From Microthyrium microscopicum (lineage: Eukaryota): DNA of 64,000 bases. Shown in pieces: positions 57,914 to 64,000 of this stretch. The stretch is from positions 186,001 through 250,000 of the forward strand of contig MU004247.1 of the NCBI GenBank assembly GCA_010405405.1. The letters run 5' to 3'. How positions within the stretch are numbered: position 1 is the first letter of the stretch; each line of letters starts with the position of its first letter. A program made the position numbers and the translations under genes. A model generated the notes under the pieces. That model saw nothing but the letters and a program-made list of their open reading frames with translations, was not told the origin of the DNA and searched no databases.

Positions 57914-59543
57914 TCAGCTTTGCAGTCTACCCTTGAGCTTCTCAATACTGCGACGAACAGCATCGTGATTGCCATTCTCTGCGCTGGAAAGAGCGGCAAC
58001 TGTCTCATTGATAGCATCATCCAGCCCCTGCACGTCTCTTTCTACATCCTCTGGTAAGAGTTGAACAGACGAGTAGGTCGTAGATGCATATAGTTGCTTC
58101 AAGGCTGACTGCAGCGCCTTTTTCTGCTCATCTATAGCCTTGTTGACCACATCTGCAGTAGACGTAGCTGCAGACGCGTATTGCTCATGCAGTCGCGCTT
58201 TACTGGCTACTGTAGCAGTTTCCAGAGCGGGGGCACCCACCCTTCCTGGAATCGCAAAGCGACGAAACACCTGCTCCGCTAAATTGATATTGCTGGACGC
58301 AGACTTTGAGTCGGCGCGGCTTGCTAGGCCAGGACGGGCCGATTGCATTTTACTGAGGGGACTCGCTGATTTTTCCGAACCTGAAGTTGCGTTTGGTTCA
58401 AAAAGCTCCGCAAAGGTTGAACTGATTTCCGACAAGACGCTGTTATGATTGCGAAGATCCACGGAACAGGCACTGATGACTTCTAATTGATTGACCATAT
58501 GTTCCAAGGTGGCCAGAACATACTCAAGCCACTCATGCTGTGAGCTTTGTGAGTGTTTTTGATTTGTCCGGATGGCTTTGACGAGCGGCTGACGATAATC
58601 AGATCCCACCACAAGCTCCATGACTGACCCGATTTCAGAGCGAAGGCTTTCCACTTCTGCTTCGAGGTCCTCCAGGTTGGTGTCCTCGTCAGAAATATTT
58701 GCGGCACCTGGCTCCTCCATATAATCGCATATGGCCTCATTGATGAGCGTATCGATCCGAGCTTTGGTATCCTGTTCCCTGAGCGAAGCTAGAGCGCGAG
58801 ACCATCCATCAACGGTTGGCACTGTGACAGCCTCTTTTGACAGTGGCATAGTTCTGGGTGCAAGTTTGGAGAGAGCAGCAAGTATCTGATCATCTGCTCC
58901 AAGACGTTCGGATATCTGAGATGTCAAGGAGGACACAGCCTTGGCGGACTGCTTGGTTGCAATACTAAACTCCTCTTCTATTGAGTTGACTAAATCCTCA
59001 ACCTGCAGAAAGGTGTTAGCTTGTCCAGTAGAAGCGAAGTGCTCAGTTTACCGTAAAGTCCAAACTGCCAGCGAGTGTGCGTTTACTACCAGGACTATCA
59101 GCCTCAGCGGCACTTCGACGTTCCAAAGTTTGCCGCTGGAGAGCATGAAGAGCCTCCCTCTGAGCTTCCAAAGTCTCAGCATGTTTCTCAATCAGATCTG
59201 TTGATGTCTGGAGTGAACTGATAGCCGCTTTGAGTTGCGCATCGTTCAGTATAAGCTGGTCTGATGATGGAGGGCCATTCTGATGCGATAATTCTTGATA
59301 TCTAAAATCTTCTGTCAACAGCAGTCTCAGGAGCTACGCAGAATGACATTGTTACATTTGCATCTCATCCGCAGAGAGTAGGGTCTCATCGTGAAGATAC
59401 TCCTTGACCCACACAATCATTTCATCCCTTGTTTTTGGAGACGCAAAGGCCCACGATATATCGTCTGCTCCCAACGGAATCTCCCTCTCTTTCAAAGCCG
59501 CGAGCAGTCGCTCCCTGGCCTGGTAGTCCTGGATATTCATCAT
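57914..59543 (-). CDS. Probable augmin (HAUS) complex subunit 3-like coiled-coil protein
   Basis: Three exons in frame (introns 59302-59355, 59003-59051). The N-terminal GADDISWAF...MIVWVKEYLHDETLLSADEMQIYQEL resembles the HAUS3 N-terminal pattern (D.DW.F...FL.W....V...NVLS..EL..F..L); the remainder is helical/coiled coil. Confidence 0.65.
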
Positions 59544-60135
59544 GATCGCCTCCCCATGTAAAATTGCGACTGAAGTGTGCTCTGCAAACTTGAAGCTACA
59601 ACAGATGAATTGAAGTGAGGTTGTGGAATTTCTGGGCAGGGATGGCCCACCTGCACGTGGCGGGCATGCAGGAGCTGCATTTCTCTAGCAACCAAAGGGG
59701 AAATATTTACATATGCAACAAACACGTTATTTGGACATCGACTTAGAAGATAGATAATTATCAAGGGATTTTGGCTTGACAGAGGGGGACTCGCCGTATT
59801 TAATACTACAGCTTGCCTGCCTAAAATTATTATTGGGAAATGTGGGCATAAATTTTGGTCGATCTCAAAACTCAACCATAGAATCACAACATCGAAATCA
59901 TCATTTCATAATTAAATTAGCTCTTCTTTATTTTCAGGAGGCCGGACAGAAAGGCACTTGCGGTGGACGTAAGAAATACGAGCTGTCTCCGTTGAAGCTT
60001 GACTGGTAGATGAGAAGCATTTGAAATGCATGAGGCTCATGAGGTGCTTCGTACGCACATGAAGTCACATTTGCCCATCAGTCGGTAAATTATGTATTCG
60101 CAGTTGAGATCTTGAGATAAACACAAAAATGTAAA

Positions 60136-60158
60136 CTACCTACCTACCTACCTACCTA
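60136..60158. repeat. (CTAC)n microsatellite
   Basis: About 6 perfect CTAC units. Confidence 0.9.
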
Positions 60159-63100
60159 CAACACATCCTTACTCTAGAGTAGGATTATCATGTTGTTGAA
60201 TGTGCCATCGAAGTTACATTGACGTTCCCGTCCTGTCCGCCAGAAACAGTGGTACAAGATACGACATCTTACAAAGTATGTAAAGCCACCTGGTAATTGT
60301 AACACTTATATGCTCGACCGAACATACTTCCGCTACATCGCCATCCTCACGATTTCAGTACGCGTGATCGTCAATGTCAGTCTGCATTTCAAGCCCAAGA
60401 ATAAAACCCCGAAACACGTAGATTTCGTTACTCCACACGCAAGCCTCAGACAAGAAAAAGAGGCGTTGACCACCCCCTGAGCCCCCACGTCTCTGGAAAG
60501 CGGCTGGACTTCCCCGATGACTACCGACAGCTTGGAACCGCTGATCAAGTCTGCGCCAACAAGCTCGACGAAAGGGACTGTGGGGAGAATGAATGCAAGT
60601 CTGCAAGGTCTGCAACCCCAAAAGGAAATGGTGGGTGTGGGAAGGGTATCAAAACAGGATGAAAAGACCAGCTTCGTGACTATAATTGGAAGAACAAGTA
60701 TGATCTCCCAGCCCAAAGTGGGAAAGAGTAAAGGAGAAAAGCTGTCTTGAGCGGTTTTGGCCAGGGCCTTGTCTCACCACCATTGCTTGTCATCCACTGA
60801 ATAGTGTTGCAATGAAATCTTGCAGCCAGCGAAGCGACAAAAGAACAGGTCAGGGAAGACCAAGGGGGGTTTCGCGTCAACCCCTGATCATTTTCTGGGG
60901 ATGCTTAACTTGTGGGGAGACAGTTGTCAGATTCGGGCAGCTTCGGCGCGTCCAGAAGAATGCTGTTTTGGCTGTTCTTCTCGGGAATTGATAAGAGGTA
61001 GTCTGGTCCATCTGCCGATCATTTGTGCCAAGTTTCAAGACTCTCTATTTGACTTTCCTTGGTCTTGAAAGTTGAGCAGGTTCGCATATCACCCGGACAA
61101 AATGAACAGAGAACAATGGGGTTGCAAAAGCTGTGTTGGTTGTGCAAGGCGAAGTACATATTATCATCATCGTCGGGCATCTGATGCATTTCACCCCATG
61201 CAATGTCGGCGGCAGGGCATCGTGCCAACCAAACGCGGCAAACAGCCGGCCGCCTGTTGATTGATGGCTGATGATCCGGGGGGACCCCAAACCCCACAAT
61301 CTTTGACCCCCGATGTTGGTTGATACCCCAGAATCCTGAAATGGATTCCAGACGCATCCAATCCTAACATCATTTGCATACAGTCCCAAAGCAAGCGTGG
61401 AGGTAGTCATCTTTCTCCAACTCCTGTTTGATGCTTTCTGTCGATCCAACTCTATATATTGAATTGTTGGGTACAAGGCCCTGTCAAGATACCACCAACA
61501 CACACGCTCACAGGGCTGGAGATCTGGCCTGAATATCGTACCACGCTTCCAGGTGTTGATTGGCTTTGGCATCATCTTAAGCCCCCGCAGTGCGACTGCT
61601 TAGGTATGTATTCTTTTTCGTCCGCAACGACACATTCAAACAAAGCCGGGGACCCCTTATTATTGGCACAGCGCACCAGATGCTTGGGACATGATTACGG
61701 AGGCAAGTGGTAAGATCTATCGCCGCTTTGGAGCCACCAGGAGGCCCTTCATTTGTCTTGAATGATCACGCTTTTCTTGGTCCAATCACACTGTATAAGG
61801 CTGTCCATCATCACCGAATCCTGAAACATTACAGTGAGCAGATATTAAAGTTCCTGTGCTGAGGTCAAGCCGTGAAGTATCGTTTGGATACAATACCATA
61901 CGTGCCCATTTAGTTATCATATGGAAGAGTGAATGATAAAGGTTTCGAAACTCAACAGTAACGACATCTCGCGATAGGTCAGCCCTGTGGTATATGTATA
62001 CCGATAATAGCTGCGGGGAATCACTTTGAGCGCATTACTGAGTACCATCTACAATTTGGTGTAATCGCAACCTGCGGCATAATAATTGGCTACCAACACC
62101 AAGCAATCCCATCCAACTCCCAAGGATCAGATGCAGCTAAAACCTCAAGAAATCGATAGCAGATACAGTGAACATGGGAGCGCACAGCCTCGACTTGAAA
62201 TCTGTAATCGTCGATAGTATGTTGCTATTTTCGAACATATCGGTGGCCGTGTGCGACGGCTTTGACCCTTTCTCCATTTCCGGATATGTTGCAATTCTTC
62301 TTGTATATTGCAAAATGTATATTTACGGCAACAGCATTTAATGGTTTGGAAATATTGTTAGTTCATCGTCATGCCGATTATCCTGAAGGAAATACGGGCG
62401 CACCAACAATGATAGGCAGATCGGGTTCTCGATATATTGGGAGCAATTGCGTATCTGGGGGATTGACCCGAGAGATTACGCGCGTCAATAGACATCGTCA
62501 GCTTCGCTTAAGCTGAGGTTTATCCTGACGGCGCAGACCTGTTAAATTTGGTATACAGAGAAGGCAATTTGACTTGAAGAGGTTTGCTCTTTGCACGTTT
62601 TTAGTTGATGGATGCGCAGGTTTGTATCAACCAACTGAGAATCGATTGTGAAGTGCTTAAAAGCCACGGACAGGGGGCCTTGTGTCTTTTTCATGTGAGG
62701 CTTCCCGTATGGAACTGGTTTGGATCACCTACCTCTACACAGTACGACAGTACGATTGGATACGGAGTATCATTATTGCAGCCTGGATAAAGGTAAACTG
62801 GGTAAGATTCGTATCATTACCCGTAAACGCCAAAATTCTAGGAGGCGGTTTTGGATTATGGCTTTCTGCGACCCACGGAAGGCGTTGAGAGACTCCCACG
62901 TATCGCCTCGCCACACCGGTAGTGCAGGGCTGAAGGCTTTTTTATTTTGCGGCGGTCGGGAAGACCGTTCAGTGTGGGGTCTGGGGATGAGATTTGATGG
63001 AAGCGCTGTGGAATCAAGCCGACAGGGGAGGCGCAGCACAAAGGAAACGCGTCTCGCATTCCGCCAAAGAAGAAAAGAACCGTACTCCTGACGAATAATG

Positions 63101-64000
63101 GAGTTTCAACGCGTTTGCTTGACAGTTTTTGTCGCGCTCAACCCCCTTTCTAGGATGAATTTCCGCGAAAGGGTCTGAGTACGGAATGCTGGTAATGTTA
63201 TTCAGGAACCGTAATCTCTGGATCGCCATGGTTGGGAGTCAGGAAAGGTTGTAGCTAGACAGGTACGAGTTAGTAGTGGTATGGGAGCTTTGTCCTTAGC
63301 TGAATCATTGCTTGCCTGTGACATTGGTTTGCCGAAGACATTTCCTGATAGCTTCGAGTCAAGTAGTAAGTTTCTAAAAGTTCGAGGCCGTGTCAACTGC
63401 CGCACTCCACAATATGCCCAGATTTTGAAGGGAGCTAGCCATTGGTGCCCGAGAGAGAGAGTTTTCCACGTTTGCTAGCGATTGGGGGTTAACAAGAGAC
63501 GAGAAGATTAAGAAGGACATTTTTCTGCACTCTAACTTTGTAAATATGATGGAATTGTGGTAGATGAAAGAGAAAACCGTAACTAAGGACTTCTATGGGA
63601 AAAATGAATATTGCGAGTCTGCGACACGGTATTTGATAGATATGGGAGATACACAATCAAGATTGAGTGGCATTTGATGCGCCTCATTTGTTCCGCGGCT
63701 CCAGTGTTTTGCGGATGCGCAAATATCAGAGATTTTACTTTGGAATCTTACCAGTCAACAACGAGCCTGTGAGCCTAGATGTTGGGAATTGCTAAAGAGG
63801 AAAATCAAGAGATGGCATCATAAGACTGATCCAGGCATGGCAAGGACTTGACCAGCAATGAGAGGGGAGAACTGGGGTTGTAGACAGTGCTGGCTCGGGA
63901 TTGATGAGGCAGAGACGCATTCTGATGGCAGAGCCGAACGGAATGGTTTTCATTTGGATGGCCCGGACGCGTGGGGTTTGGCAGCCAGCCAAGCTTACCA

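Noticed and set aside
59600..64000. 4.4-kb region with many short ORFs
   Set aside because: No codon-like bias, motif, tRNA cloverleaf or terminal repeats were seen; it is most likely a long intergenic or regulatory region for a gene beyond the window.

Overview
Eukaryotic, intron-containing, gene-dense DNA from a filamentous ascomycete (Pezizomycotina-like: short GT..CTAAC..YAG introns and a Zn2Cys6 factor). I can support 24 protein-coding models, many reconstructed across introns that the ORF track splits. Housekeeping genes include RPC34, a Zn2Cys6 TF, APE2, THI80, NUR1/mug154-like, VMA7, NPC2, an OSCA/CSC1 channel, MSP1, TIM21 and a probable augmin HAUS3. These are interleaved with accessory-looking stretches. 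The most notable is ~31.5-43.6 kb. It holds a DUF6604-like protein ending in CaaX, degraded coding remnants and a secreted DPBB protein. It also holds a head-to-head pair of related AIG1/GIMAP-like GTPases: one ends in a hydrophobic tail plus CCaX lipidation motif, the other in tandem ZZ-type zinc fingers. Other points are an intronless bacterial-type hydrolase/PKD gene (HGT candidate), a ~295-aa repeat extension on RPC34, a hidden degenerate ~170-bp tandem array, and an acidic tail lying in frame behind a GH43 stop codon. No rRNA, tRNA, CRISPR array or intact transposon was recognised. All family calls come from motif recognition by eye; no database search was run.
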